A stretch of DNA of 64,000 nt from Octopus vulgaris. Lineage: Eukaryota. Location: the NCBI GenBank assembly GCA_951406725.2, contig OX597827.1:46066001-46130000 (forward strand). The letters are read 5' to 3'. The translations under genes and the position numbers were made by a program. Below are positions 27,460 through 40,099 of the stretch, piece after piece. The notes under the pieces are model-generated. The model worked only from the letters and a program-made list of their open reading frames with translations. It made no database searches and had not been told where the DNA came from. Position 1 is the first letter of the stretch; every line of letters starts with the position of its first letter.

Positions 27460-29103
27460 GCTGCTATTTCTAGCTACAAAGTGTCTTCCCTAGTTGGCTT
27501 GTGTATTAGTCATATTTTGGGACCATGCATTTCGGCGATTTGAAATAACTAGTGTTAGTTTGTATATCTGCTGTTCAAGATTAAGACACAACTTTACACA
27601 CGCTTTAAGGAGGACACATTCAGCCAATGTACTACGCCGCGATATGTAAGAGGCGGATGTAAGCTAGTAAATCGGTATGGAGTCCGGATGGCCAAGAAGG
27701 AGAAGCCTGAGAGTATACGATGGGTTCCTACCCTACAAAAGAAAAACAAAATTTCATAGTCCCTTTAAATTTCGAGAAGACTTCCCCATCTCCAGAACAC
27801 AGATGCAGTTTAGTTCCGCTAGTAAAATTTCTCTGGGAAGTCACGACTTCTCATGATTGGGAAAGGAAACTCTTAATAATAGTCACGCCTGTCACAGAGT
27901 CTGAATTTGGATGTAATCAAGTTTGTTCTCTTCCCCCACCGACTTTTATTTAGATATAGAGCAAAACAGCCAAAAATATTTTTCACTGACATAGATATCA
28001 ACCAGTATTCCGAAGACAACACAAGCAAAATCGCAAATGTAATGTGCCGTCTACTATCGGTGCTAGAGTTTATTATTGATCTGCAACAAGTATTATAGAT
28101 TATAGTTATTGAGACACAAATTCCATCTCAAATGTTTAAAGATGAAATATTTCTAGTCGTCATTGAAAACTATTTTACCAATCCCGTTCCAGGCTCGATA
28201 GAAAATTCAATGAAAGATTTTGGATTCTTTTGTCCATTTCATGTCATTGGCATTAGAAGATATTGTGAAGAAGCCTTCTAATCATATAACAGATTGCCAC
28301 ATAGATATTGGAAGAAGGTCTAAGAGAAGGAACTTGTTACATAACGATCATTTGAAAAACAGCAACCTTGCTGCTTTCAGCAAGAATCTAGGGAACATCT
28401 TATTTACAGCCTGCTGAACGAACAACCATTTAAGAGTCTAGTCGTATATTTTTTCCCCCAAAGTATAGAAGTCGTAAGTTGTCTTACCTTATTATTTGGT
28501 TCCAATAGTAACACATTTCAGTTAAAGAAAGGTTATTTCAGAATATGAAAATAAATAAAATAAAACTTGAAGTTATAAAAATGGAACTAAGAAGCTCTAT
28601 GAGACAAAGCAGATGAACATTGAACATGAACTTGTGATGGAAATAAAATATTTCCAATATCAGAATCAAGTTGTTTCATGCCAAATGTCGGAAGCAAAAA
28701 TAAAAATAATCTTACTTCGAGGTCAAGTTTGAGTTAATCTTTTCTATTGTAAGGTTATGAAGTTAAAGTAATTCTACAAATACTTTACTTTTGTTTGTGT
28801 TCGCATGCGCACACGCATACGAACACAATGAATAGCATGTGTGTGTGTGTGTGTGTGGAACGTGTTTAGTTTAATATATATTCAATTTAAGCAATTTTTA
28901 TGGAAGCTCGTATTATTTTATTACTCTGAAATCTGAATTTTGTATGTTTAATTGAGCCCTTTGCTAAATACTTAGTGCACAAAAGAAATTTGCTCATTAT
29001 AACCTCGAAATATTTATTCTTATAGCTTATACCATTATATTCCTTCTGCATTTAATACTCAAATTCAGAACGAGGCTATAATACTTGATTATAAAGATGG
29101 AGT

Positions 29104-29403
29104 GCTGAGACCCCCTTCGGTCATAACTGACTGTGGGATTGCACCTAGAAGGTTACCCTCCCCGGCACAAACTCGGGCAAGGTTGTTTATGGAAGACCAC
29201 CAGTGTTATCCAAGGGAAAGGCAACGGCCGATACAGCTTGGCACCTGTGACATCGCAACCCATTTCTACAGCTGAGTGAACTGGAGCAACGTGAAATAAA
29301 GTGTCTTGCTCAAGAACACAACACGCAGCCCGGTTCGGGATTCGAACTCACAACCTCACGATCGTAAACTCGACGCTCTAACCACTGAGCCATACGCCTT
29401 CAC
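29104..29403 (-). mobile_element. tRNA(Arg)-like-headed SINE family C with 12-bp TSD
   Basis: TSD TAAAGATGGAGT at 29092-29103 and 29404-29415; A-box TGGCTCAGTGG, B-box GTTCGAATCCC, ACG at anticodon position. Confidence 0.92.
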
Positions 29404-29678
29404 TAAAGATGGAGTATTTTCAAATATATATACATAATACAGAAAAAAATGGCATTTGCCTTTTCTTGAATTGTCGATGGTCTTGATAGGGTGCTTTTAA
29501 AAGCTCTGCTTTGGACCCTACTCACATGAAGACACGCATGCATACAGCTATTGTTGGATTATATTAATGCAATAATGTATATAATATATGTAGCGTTCAG
29601 CAATTACCAGCTGATAGTGATGCGCTGAAACAATTGTAGTGGTCTGTAATAAAGCCTGTTCATTCTTTGTGCGTGTGC

Positions 29679-29724
<46 letters not shown>

Positions 29725-30849
29725 TGTGTGTGTGTGTGTGTGTGCATGTGTGTGTGTGTGTGTGTGTGTGTACATGCAAATATCTGTCACTCACTTTCTC
29801 TTCCTCTGTCTCTATTATTTCTCCTCTCTATCTATTACTGTCTCTCTTTGTCTCTTTCTTTGTCTCTCTTTCTCTCTATAAATATATAAAGAGAGAGAAA
29901 GAGTGAGGGAGAGAGAGGGGAGAAAGAGAGAGAGAATGTAAGGGAGAGAGAGAGAGAGAGAGAGAGATATCACTTCGAAATATATGACTAAAATTGAGTG
30001 CCTATCGACAATTTGTTTATCCAGACTGCAAATTCATAATTTCTGTAATTTCCGTATTTATGAAAACATTTGCATCATGTTGTAGTCCCCAGGCCACTTC
30101 TGAACGAGCAGGAACATTTGCGCATTCGCTCAACCTGCTTTAATTAGCAGCGAAATCTCCATCAATTCTCTATCATTCGTATTAAAAAATAGAACATCTG
30201 TTGCTGTATTGTCTCCGGTCAGTTCGAAATCAAGCAGTTTTATGATCAAAGGCATGATCAACCATGTAACCATCCCACCTTTGGGGGATTCTCAAAAACC
30301 ACGTTATATAATAAACTCATTTCAGCTATTTTTAAAAGGTTGTGATTTGAGGGAGATTCGGCAAATGTTTCCATCAAATAAATGACCGCAGAGAAGTTCC
30401 TTCAAGTACCTTGATACTTCGTCTTTGAAAAAGGACAAATACACGAAACGTTGGTTATTTCACTGCTCACGGCAAAACTGAACAGATCCACGGCACGTGG
30501 TTATCCAGTTAAAAATAAAGATGCTACAAACCCGAGACATTTTTAGAAATTCAGCCAATCAGATGCGGCTATGTCCGGAAAGATCCGGCATAACCTGTCC
30601 CACGAATACAGCAATCCTTCGCCATATCGCTATTCACCTATTGCGGTTTATTATTCCCGTTTACATCGAGTTCTGGGTGGTGTTGTTTTGCATTTATAAT
30701 AAAATAAATACATGTAAATTATACATATATATATATATATATATACAGTACAGTATAGTACTGTTTCTACTTCGCGGATTTTCACCTATGGCAGGGGAGT
30801 TTTTGGAACGTAACACCCGCGATAGTATTATGTTTCATTCTTCATTTGT

Positions 30850-31003
30850 GGTGTGTGTGTGTGTTAAGATGTTTGCTTCCCAACCACAAGGTTTTGGGTT
30901 CAGTTCTACTACGTGGCACTTCGGGCGAGTGTTTTCTGCTATAGCCTCTGGTCAACTAAAACTTTGTGAATGGAATTTAGTAGACGGAAGCAGAAAGAAG
31001 CCC

Positions 31004-31020
<17 letters not shown>
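30850..31020 (+). mobile_element. SINE A, diverged 5' half
   Basis: CCCAACCAC...GGGTTCAGTT...GTAGACGGAAGCAGAAAGAAGCCCG. Confidence 0.7.
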
Positions 31021-31044
<24 letters not shown>

Positions 31045-31876
31045 TGAATGTTTTTTGGTATACTTTTTGCTGACACAGACCACTGCTAGTTTCTTTGGAC
31101 TCCTAATCTTATTTTAAAAATTTAATAAGAGAGGTTCTCGGCGCCAGTGGGTAAAATAGTTTTGGCGAGTCCTACCTTTAATTAACAAGAGTGATAGACC
31201 AAAGGAAATTTCTTGTGTCCCTTTGCACCTGCATCCAAGGACATTCTCCACCTTCTGTCCCTCTTGTCATGCTTCTGCTTTAAATGTTAGTTTGTTAGGT
31301 CTCACCATCTACCCATTCCACGAAAAAAAAAGAGTAAGTAATGAGATGGTGCGATTAATTGTTGGACTAGAACTTGAAATCTGTTGAATTTTCCAGTAGT
31401 TTAGTCAATGTGAAGAATGTCACGATGATATTACGAAATCATTATATTTATAGATATAAACTTATATTCAACTTATTCTGCAAGTGAAGCATTAACAGTC
31501 GAGCTTTAATGAAGAATACATCTCTGACAGCATCAGAATAACATAAGCAGAACTGAAAACATTCCACATCTCTAATTTGACGATCGATCAAAACAGGGCT
31601 ACCTCCTGACTCTTTCACGCATTCCATTGTATAGTGGTTTTGCCACGATAACTAGTTCATAAGGAAGTGAGTTTATTGATGATGTATTTATTAAAAGCAA
31701 CAACAAGAAATGTATTACACTGCATCTTTTCCGTTTCGCTCACCAGATCCGATTTTTTTTAAAAGAATTCTATCCGGGTGCTCAGGCATGGCTGTATATA
31801 GGCATAGATGTGACTGTGTATAGGCGGAAGTACGGTTTTGTTTAGGCGCAGGCTTGACTCTGTATGGGCACAGGCA

Positions 31877-32108
31877 AGGCGGCGAGCTGGCAGAAACGTT
31901 AGGACGCCGGGCGAAATGCTTAGCGGTATTTCGTCTGCCGTTACGTTCTGAGTTCAATTTCCGCCGAGGTCGACTTTGCCTTTCATCCTTTCGGGGTCGA
32001 TAAATTAAGTACCAGTTACGCACTGGGGTCGATGTAATCGACTTAATACCTATGTCTGTCCTTGTTTGTCTCCTCTGTGTTTAGCCCCTTGTGGGTAATA
32101 AAGAAACA
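31877..32108 (+). mobile_element. SINE B with 16-bp TSD
   Basis: TSD TGTATGGGCACAGGCA at 31861-31876 and 32109-32124; inserted at the head of a SINE A. Confidence 0.92.
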
Positions 32109-32119
32109 TGTATGGGCAC

Positions 32120-33010
32120 AGGCATGGTTGTTCGGTTAAGAAGCTAGCTTTGCAGCCACGTGATTTCAGATCCCGTCCCACTGCATGGCACTTTGGGTAA
32201 ATGTCTTCTAGAATAGCCATGGGCCGACCAATGCTTTATGAGTGAATTTGGTTGACAGAAACTGAGAGAGAAGCTACTTTATGTCCCCGTAACTTAGCGG
32301 TTGAGCAAAACAGAACGGCAGAGTAAGACCAGAATAAGACCAAGTAAAATTCTGTGAATGGATCTGGTAGACGGAAACAGAAAAAAACCCGTCTAATATG
32401 TGTGCGTGTGTGTGTGTGTGTTTGTATTTGTGTGTGTATGTGTGTATGTTTGTGTGTGTATGTGTGTGAGTATGTATGTTTGTATGTGTGTATGCATATA
32501 TGTGCGTGTTTGTGTGTGTTTGTGTGTGCGTATGTGTGTCTGTTTGTGTGTGTGTGTGTTTGTGTGCGTGTTTGTGTGTGCGTGTATGTCTGTGTGTTCA
32601 CTTGTATGTGTGTATGTGTGTGCATTTTTGTGTGTGCATGTGTGTGTCTGTGGGCGTGTTTGTGTGTGCGTGTGTGTCTGTGTGTTCGCTTGTATGTGTG
32701 TGCTTTTGTGTGTGTTTGTGTGCGTGTTTGTGTGTGCGTGTGTGTGTTTGCACGTGCTGTGCGTGTGTATGTGTCTGTTTGTGTGTGTGTGTGTGTGTTT
32801 GTGTATGTATGTGTGTGTTTGTGTTTGTTTGCGTTTGTCTCGTCACCTCTTGACAACTACGTTCCTGTAACTTTGCGACTGGGCAAAAAAAACACCAATA
32901 GAGTAAATAGCAGACTTTAAAATAAATAATGAATTTTGGGGTTTGTTTGTTCGTCTAAAACCCCAAAAAGACGGTGCCCCAGCATGGCCATATTCTAATA
33001 ACTGAGATGA
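32120..33010 (+). mobile_element. SINE A, rearranged, with about 430-bp degenerate (GT)n expansion
   Basis: Head at 32120, GTAGACGGAAAC at 32367, tail CCCCAGCATGGCC near 32980. Confidence 0.75.
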
Positions 33011-33345
33011 ATGAAAATGATGGAATAACCAGACGCCACGATCAGTGATGTTTTCTTGTAGTCTCGTTCACCCATAACCAACCCACGTACGAATTTATTT
33101 AAACTACTTGTTATATGTCTATGATGACACGCAATGAAACTTGCTTCCGATTGGTTCGTGACAATGCCACTTGTTGTGTTCCCATTGGTCCATTTTGTTT
33201 TGGTACTGCCATCCTTTTACGTCTTCGTGCGCCAACTTAATTCAAGCTTTTCGTTTGTTCAATTATGTCAAAATACCACTGACAGCTTAAGTGTACGTCT
33301 ATTCTTTTGACGCAGAAGGCTAGTTTCAAATGCAATTGTTATGAT

Positions 33346-33467
<122 letters not shown>

Positions 33468-33629
33468 CTGCATTCAACTAGAAAAAGCTAAGTCTTTATA
33501 GAATAAAGAAGAAAGACGACAAATACACATTATCAAAAATGTGTGAACTACATTAATAACTTGACGAAAGGAAAATATGTAAATAGATACAGCTGCTGCA
33601 GTCGTTGTTGTTTATGACATTCGAGAAAG

Positions 33630-34122
33630 GCAACCCAGCAAAATGTCCCGGCAAGGTGTCCCAGCAAGGTAGCCCAACAAGGCGTCCCAGCAAGACGTCC
33701 CAGTAAAGCGTCCCAACAAGGCGTCCCAGCATGGTATCCCAGCAAGGTGTCCCAGCAAGGCATCCCAGCAAAATGTCCCAGAAAGGCATCCCAGCAAAAT
33801 GCCCCAGCAAGGCGTCCTAGTAAGGTGTCCCAGTAAGGCGTTCCAGCAAGACGTCCGAGTAAGGCGTCCCAGGAAGGCGTCCCAGTAAGGCGTCCCAGAA
33901 TGGTATCCCAGCAAGGCATCCCAGCAAAATGTCCCAACGCGGCGTCCTAGTAAGGTGTGCCAGCAAGGCGTCCAAGCAAGATGTCCCAGCAAGGCGTCCC
34001 ACCATGGTGTCCTAGCAAGACGTCTCAGAAAGGCGTCCCAGCAAGACGTCCCAGAAAGGCGTCCCAGCAAGGCGTCCCAGAAAGGCGTCCCAGCAAGGCG
34101 TCCCAGTGAGGTACCCCAGCAA
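33630..34122. repeat. 13-bp GC-rich minisatellite (CCCAGCAAGGCGT), about 38 units
   Basis: Clear 13-bp periodicity with variant units. Confidence 0.92.
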
Positions 34123-34739
34123 TGACCATCACTCCGTCCTTTCCTCCAGCATTAAGTGTCTAGGATTATATCCGATTATTTCAACCCATTTTATACGAGA
34201 CGAGCAGAATGTAATTTGAGGGTTAAAACGTCTGTTATTTCTAGGAGATCAATCGACCAGCGTAGAAGTTTCTTCGCTGGCACGTTGTTGTTGCTGATCG
34301 AGTAGGCATGATTCAAAAGCGTTGCTGTCTCGACAATCGCATTCTATTTGCTGAATCAATCAAAGATTATGCAATCATACACCCACTTCCTTCGTGTGAC
34401 CTGTTCTGTCATATGACATTGTGTAAATTCGTACGGCTATCATTCAGGTTTTATATATATATTATAATAAGATATATATATATATAAATAGACAAACCTA
34501 AACAATTTACGGATATCAGATGTCGGACATTACTTGTGAGATGACCCAATATGATTGTTTACTCGGTCAAACAATTTGGGATTGGCTAAATTGATGTAGA
34601 AACCGTTGATGAGAACCGAATGGGGTTCGAAAATTGATTAAAGCTATACATCATTTTTTTTCAATCTACGAAGAAATTAGTTAAATATACCCTGTGAATT
34701 ACGCACGCACGCACGCACGCACGAATACACGCACACACA

Positions 34740-34794
<55 letters not shown>

Positions 34795-34892
34795 GCACAC
34801 ACATGATGGACTCTCCCGTCGAAGATGACGCATTAACGTTCAGCTTTTGCCGAACGACCTGCGCAAATGATTTGTTTATAGTGATCAGATAG

Positions 34893-35398
34893 TGAGGGTG
34901 CATGGCTCAGTGGTTAGAGCGTCGAGCTTACGACCATGAGGTTGTGAGTTCGAATCCCGGACCGGGCTGCGTGTTGTGTTCTTGAGCAAGACACTTTATT
35001 TGACGTTGCTCCAGCTCATTCAGATGTAGAAAAGAGTTGCGACATCACTGGTGCCAAGCTGTATCGGCGTTTGCCTTTCCCTTGGATAACATCGGTGACG
35101 TGGAGAGGGGAGGCCGGTATGCATGGACGACTGTTCGTCTTCCATAAACAACCTTGCCCGGACTTGAGCCTGGGAAGGTAACTTTCTAGGTGCTAAGGCG
35201 GCGAGCTGGCAGAAACGTTAGCACGTCGGGCGAAATGCTTAGCGGTATTTCGTCTGCCGTTACGATCTGAGTTCAAATTCCGCCGAGGTCGACTTTGCCT
35301 TTCATCCTTTCGGGGTCGATAAATTAAGTACCAGTTACGCACTGGGGTCGTTATAATCGACTTAATCAGTTTGTCTGTCCTTGTTTGTCTCCTCTGTC
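34893..35398 (+). mobile_element. SINE C truncated by an inserted SINE B
   Basis: Family C 34893-35193, then GGCGGCGAGCTGGCAG from 35197. Confidence 0.88.
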
Positions 35399-35399
35399 A

Positions 35400-36260
35400 C
35401 AATCCAAAAGCGACTTCTATCCAAGAAAAGTGTTAATGCTTAGTCGGATTCCGCTTGTGTGATCTAGTATGAGGTCCTATCAGTTAATGAAACGATTTCG
35501 GTAGGCCTTTACCGTCGGCATTTACAACGCTTAAACACTGCTTTGAAGGAAAAGAGCCTTTCTTTAAGGAAACACACACACGCACGAAAATAGATAATCA
35601 TGAGAGGAGCAATCCATCGGTTACAACGATGAGGGGTCCCAGCTGATACGATCAACGGAACAGCCTGCTTGTGAAATTAACGTGTAAGTGGCTGAACATT
35701 CTACAGACATGTGTATCCTTAACGTAGTTCTCCGGGAGACTCAGCGTGACACAAAGTGTGACAAGGCCGGCGCTTTGAAGTACAGGCACTACTCATTTTT
35801 GCCAGCTGAGTGGACTGGAGCAACGGGAAATAAAGTGTATTGCCCAAGGACACAACGCGTCGCCGGGAATTGAACTCGCGACCTTACGATCGTGAGTCGA
35901 ATGCCCTAACCACTAACCCACACGCCTTCACGATAATCATGATAATGCATGGCTCTATATAACATAGATCACTTTGGGTAAATCTGAAAGCCGCGGTTGG
36001 GAAAAATTTTTCCACTCCCTTCCTGGTGCATTGAGCCTTGCTCCATCAGTTTACCACCTCTGTCCCAATGTTTACAAAATCATTCTTGATGGCCTAGTTC
36101 TTAAAACAAATGAGGCGGAAACTACCGTTTCAATAATCTTTTTCAGCAAAACCAAAAGAATTTTACACAAATGGTATTAAGAAATCGTCGGAAGACGGTC
36201 ATTCATAATGAAGGGGATTATGCTAATGAGTGAATTTTTGAATTTTAATAGAAAATGAAA
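35400..36260 (+). pseudogene. mariner transposase relic split by a SINE
   Basis: FYPRKVL, YEVLSVNETI, HLQRLNTALKEK before the SINE; HDNA, GWE, LAPSVYHL after it. Confidence 0.62.
35604..35931 (-). mobile_element. Chimeric SINE (C-like head, D tail) with 11-bp TSD
   Basis: TSD GATAATCATGA at 35593-35603 and 35932-35942. Confidence 0.88.
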
Positions 36261-36563
36261 TTTTAAAATCTCTTCTTCTGAGTCAATATTCGGACATTAC
36301 TAATGTGATGATCTCATACATACATACATACATATGTGTGTATATATACATACTTATACACACACATATATATACATACATAGATATATATACATATATA
36401 TATATGCATATGTATATATATATATACATACATATATATATATACATATATATATATGCATATGTATATATATATATATATACATACATACACACAAGCA
36501 TATGTATGTGTGTACATATGTATGTAAGTGTAAGTGTTTGTATGTGTGTATGTATTATGTATG

Positions 36564-36673
36564 TCATTATTCAGTTTATTTCAAGATTTCTCGCCAACAG
36601 AGAAAGTACCGGTTTCTAACCTAGACCCAAGGTTACTTCATTGGAATTTGAACATCAACAACAGGGTATTTTT
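36564..36673 (-). mobile_element. 3'-UTR-only copy of the RLE non-LTR family
   Basis: Minus strand ACCTTGGGTCTAGGTTAGAAACCGG...AATAATGACATACATA resembles 12100-12180 (GCCTTGTATCTTTGTTGGAAACCGG...GATGAGACATACATA); CATA repeats on both sides. Confidence 0.55.
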
Positions 36674-36741
36674 GTATGTATGTATGTATGTATGTATGTA
36701 TGTATGTATGTATGTATGTATGTATGTATGTATGTATGAAT

Positions 36742-36900
36742 GTGCAGGTTGTTCGGGCTAAATCTGACGATTTTTTTTTGTGTGTGTCGCTTTTGAAGAA
36801 ACAGTTCAGGAGCTGTCTTGAGTCTGTGGTGGAAGCTGAGGGCGGCTACTTTGAGTAACCTGTTATCTTCCAGCCATTATCTAGATGGTAGTTTTCGATT
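36742..36900 (+). mobile_element. Tc1/mariner internal-deletion derivative
   Basis: FRSCLESVVEAEGGYFE* is a typical transposase C-terminus, similar to 40550-40600. Confidence 0.5.
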
Positions 36901-37351
36901 TTTAAAACATACATTTATTTTGGGATGGGATGAAGTTTGGTGTAAGAGAGTGTTTTCCATTTTGGTGGCAAGTTACTGGTGAATAACGAAATGTGTTATC
37001 ATGAAGGCTTGTGGGAAGTTCAAGTGTTGTCACGTAATTATAAGAGCTACCGGATCATCAGTTACCAGAAATCGGTTCCGCCTTACATTTTCCTAACAGC
37101 AAAACATAAAGCAGAAAGGCTAAATTGAACCCAACCGCTCGGAAAACAGATAAATAAATACATAAAATTGTATATGCATATGCATACACATATGTATATG
37201 CTAAATATGTGTAAAATTTATGTTGTATATTATTCATGATTGTATTATGATATGTATATGTATACACACATGCATTCAATCATTGCATGCATACATGCGT
37301 ATATACATACATACATACAAACATATATATATATAAATATATATATATATG

Positions 37352-37387
<36 letters not shown>

Positions 37388-37471
37388 CATATATATATAT
37401 ATATATACATATATATTTATATATATATATTTATATATATAAAATAATATATTACAATTACTCAATAGTCA

Positions 37472-37535
37472 AGATAAAACTCTGAGTTTCAGATGCCGAA
37501 GTGGAAATCCACAACACCAACTCTTCGGTTATCTG
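37472..37535 (-). ncRNA. Degenerate hammerhead motif (older paralogue)
   Basis: AGATAA-CCGAAGA-...-GAAA-CTCAGAG-TT-TTATCT; stem I covaries relative to the 38193 copy. Confidence 0.45.
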
Positions 37536-37755
37536 GCCATCTGAAAAAAACGCTATGAAAAAATACCGTTATATAAAGGGAAATTACTGTGTTATAATTT
37601 TGCTACTTATATAAAATAAAATAAGATTAAAATTTCATAGTAAAACACGTAAACATGGCTAGTCATACGCTCACATGTGCGCTCGCGGACCCACGTGCGT
37701 ACTTATACGTCACTATGAAAACGTACACATCTTATATATATACCTGTAAAATAAT

Positions 37756-38276
37756 GTGACAATTATTCGGTTGCCATAATAAAACTCCGAGTTTCGGATG
37801 TCGGAGCGGAAATCTGTTCCGGCATCTCGCCAGTTATTAAGACAATCAAAAAGTACTATGAAAATGACCGTTAAATAAAAGGAAAAAACCCGAAGGGGAG
37901 AAAGTAAAAAAGTAAAAATCGCTCATAGAATTCATGTATGCGCGCATATACATACATACACATGCGCGCGCGCACACCCACGTACATGTGCCTATATATT
38001 CGTGCTCGCATGAGTATGTATGTACATGCGCGCATACGCGAATTTTGTGTGCGATTTTATTCACTTTCTTCCCTTCGGGTTGTTATCCTTTATCTAATGG
38101 TCATTCTGATAGCTCTTTTGTTTGTCTTAATAACAGTCATTTACCTAGTAATTCCCCTTTGTTTAATGTTTCATAGCAGTTTTTGATTGTCTTAATAACT
38201 GACGAGATGCCGGAGTAGATTTCCGCCTCGACATCCGAAACTCGGAGTTTTATTGTGGCAACCGAATAATTGTCAC
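37756..38276. mobile_element. Inverted pair of PLE-type pseudo-LTR segments (about 520-bp fold-back)
   Basis: GTGACAATTATTCGGTTGCCA at 37756 vs TGGCAACCGAATAATTGTCAC ending at 38276; pairing continues toward the centre; a hammerhead motif in each arm. Confidence 0.8.
38193..38255 (+). ncRNA. Type-I hammerhead ribozyme motif
   Basis: TAATAA-CTGACGA-GATG...CATC-C-GAAA-CTCGGAG-TT-TTATTG; quasi-palindromic stem III; mirror copy at 37777-37838 has CTGGCGA. Confidence 0.65.
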
Positions 38277-38359
38277 GTATATTACAAATAAATTCCTCTA
38301 TTTACATAATATCGAGGTCTCTTTCATTCTTTTGTTGTCATACCATTACTATTAATATA

Positions 38360-38428
<69 letters not shown>

Positions 38429-38930
38429 CCTCTCTTTGTGTCATGCTTAATGTAAATATATCTTTGAAGGGAAAAATTTACTGCGGCATTCGTCCAGAAA
38501 TATCTCTTTGGAATGTTCTGTGTTTAAAAACAGTAAATAACGGTGGTGTGGTGGAAACGAAAATTGTCCCAGCAACGGCTAACGAGATCGCTTGGTTCAT
38601 TTCGGGCACGTTGGGTCTTGCCAATTGCGTGCACACACAGTCGGTGACATGCACAGACGAGATTTGTCAATTTCGATTAAAGTAAAACAGGAAAAGACAC
38701 TCATTGGTAATGCAAATTGCCGCCTGGCTGAATAAAATTCATTATATGCAGTAGAAGCAAAATAAAATAAAAAATAGCTGTCTTTGTATCATACTTAATG
38801 TAAATACATCGTTAAAAGGCAAATTTTCTGCGATATTCTTCCAGAAATAACATCTTTTATGAACGTGCTGTATTTAAAAACTCAATATATATCGGAGGGG
38901 ACGAACATCGGGCGGTTATTCAGAATACTA

Positions 38931-39161
38931 GGCGGCGAGCTGGCAGAAACATTAGCACGCCGGGAGAAATGCTTAGCAGTATTTCGTCTGCCGTTACGTT
39001 CTGAGTTCAAATTCTGCCGAGGTCGACTTTGCCTTTCATCCTTTCGGGGTCGATAGATAAAGTACCAGTTACGCACTGGGGTCGATGTAATCGACTTAAT
39101 CCGTTTGTCTGTCCTTGTTTGTCCCCTCTATGTTTAGCCCCTTGTGGGCAATAAAGAAATA
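38931..39161 (+). mobile_element. SINE B with 14-bp TSD
   Basis: TSD TATTCAGAATACTA at 38917-38930 and 39162-39175. Confidence 0.93.
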
Positions 39162-39239
39162 TATTCAGAATACTAGTGAATGTTTTTCACTATTTTCCTA
39201 TATGTATGGTGTCCCACCTTAGGCGAATCCCATACTAAT

Positions 39240-39660
39240 AAACGTTGAATTATCTTAGCGTATATTAATTATAACTTTTATATCATTCTCATCTGTTGGA
39301 TTGTAAATTCTATAAATCTCCAATGCCTTGCTTAATAACTTTTCAGAAATGGAAGGATAAAAATGTACAACGCCAAATCGGGTACATCTGGTGTTGCTTT
39401 TATTAGCTATTTTTCCAGACCAAGATATAACTGCATTAGTAAAAACTCCATTGGGTGAGGTTGGTAGCTAACCTGGTATTGTTATTAATCTTCCTGAGGA
39501 TTTTCTTGATAACTAATCCGATATCAGATTTAGCCGAGTTTATCAGCCTATTTTTAGGGTTAGAAGTGAAGTTATTTTCATGGTCCTCGGTGGTGTTAAA
39601 TGCATTATGTTTTGTAAGAATCTCTTGTTTTTCATCGAGATTTATTCGTGATACAACGTT
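39240..39660 (-). pseudogene. Penelope-like element reverse-transcriptase relic
   Basis: Minus strand [29 protein letters not shown]...ILRKIN...LTQW / FGVVHFYPSISEKLLSKALE matches the PLE RT pattern KDHKxNF..NP..RLINPAKSxxG...FDxxxFYPSI. Confidence 0.72.
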
Positions 39661-39924
39661 TTATGCTTCCCTAATTACACACACATACGCGCGCGCACAC
39701 ACACACACACATACACACACACACACACACACATACAAACACACACACATACACACACACGCACGCATGCACACACATACATACACACATACATACACAC
39801 ATACATACATACATACATACATACATACGAATGTATATGTACATGAATATATATGTGTATGTATATATATGTGTATGTATGTATATATATATATACACAT
39901 ACAAACGGTCGTACGTATATATGC

Positions 39925-39978
<54 letters not shown>

Positions 39979-39989
39979 GTGTATGTGTT

Positions 39990-40080
<91 letters not shown>

Positions 40081-40099
40081 ATATACGTACATATATAGT

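Noticed and set aside
27930-28640. Possible hAT C-terminal relic (also 31300-31720)
   Set aside because: Too degraded to support by eye; needs a translated profile search.
33121-33282. C/D-box snoRNA (ATGATGA...CTGA) or paired CCAAT promoter
   Set aside because: No terminal stem or identifiable guide; such motifs are expected by chance.
33548-34070. Repetitive ORFs (GTPCWDALLGRLA)n, or a CRISPR array
   Set aside because: Translation of a 13-bp minisatellite open in several frames; no spacers and no cas genes.
36600-36650. CCAATGA...stem...GAAACCGGT as a hammerhead
   Set aside because: Core has two changes and stem I is absent; better explained as the RLE element's 3' UTR.
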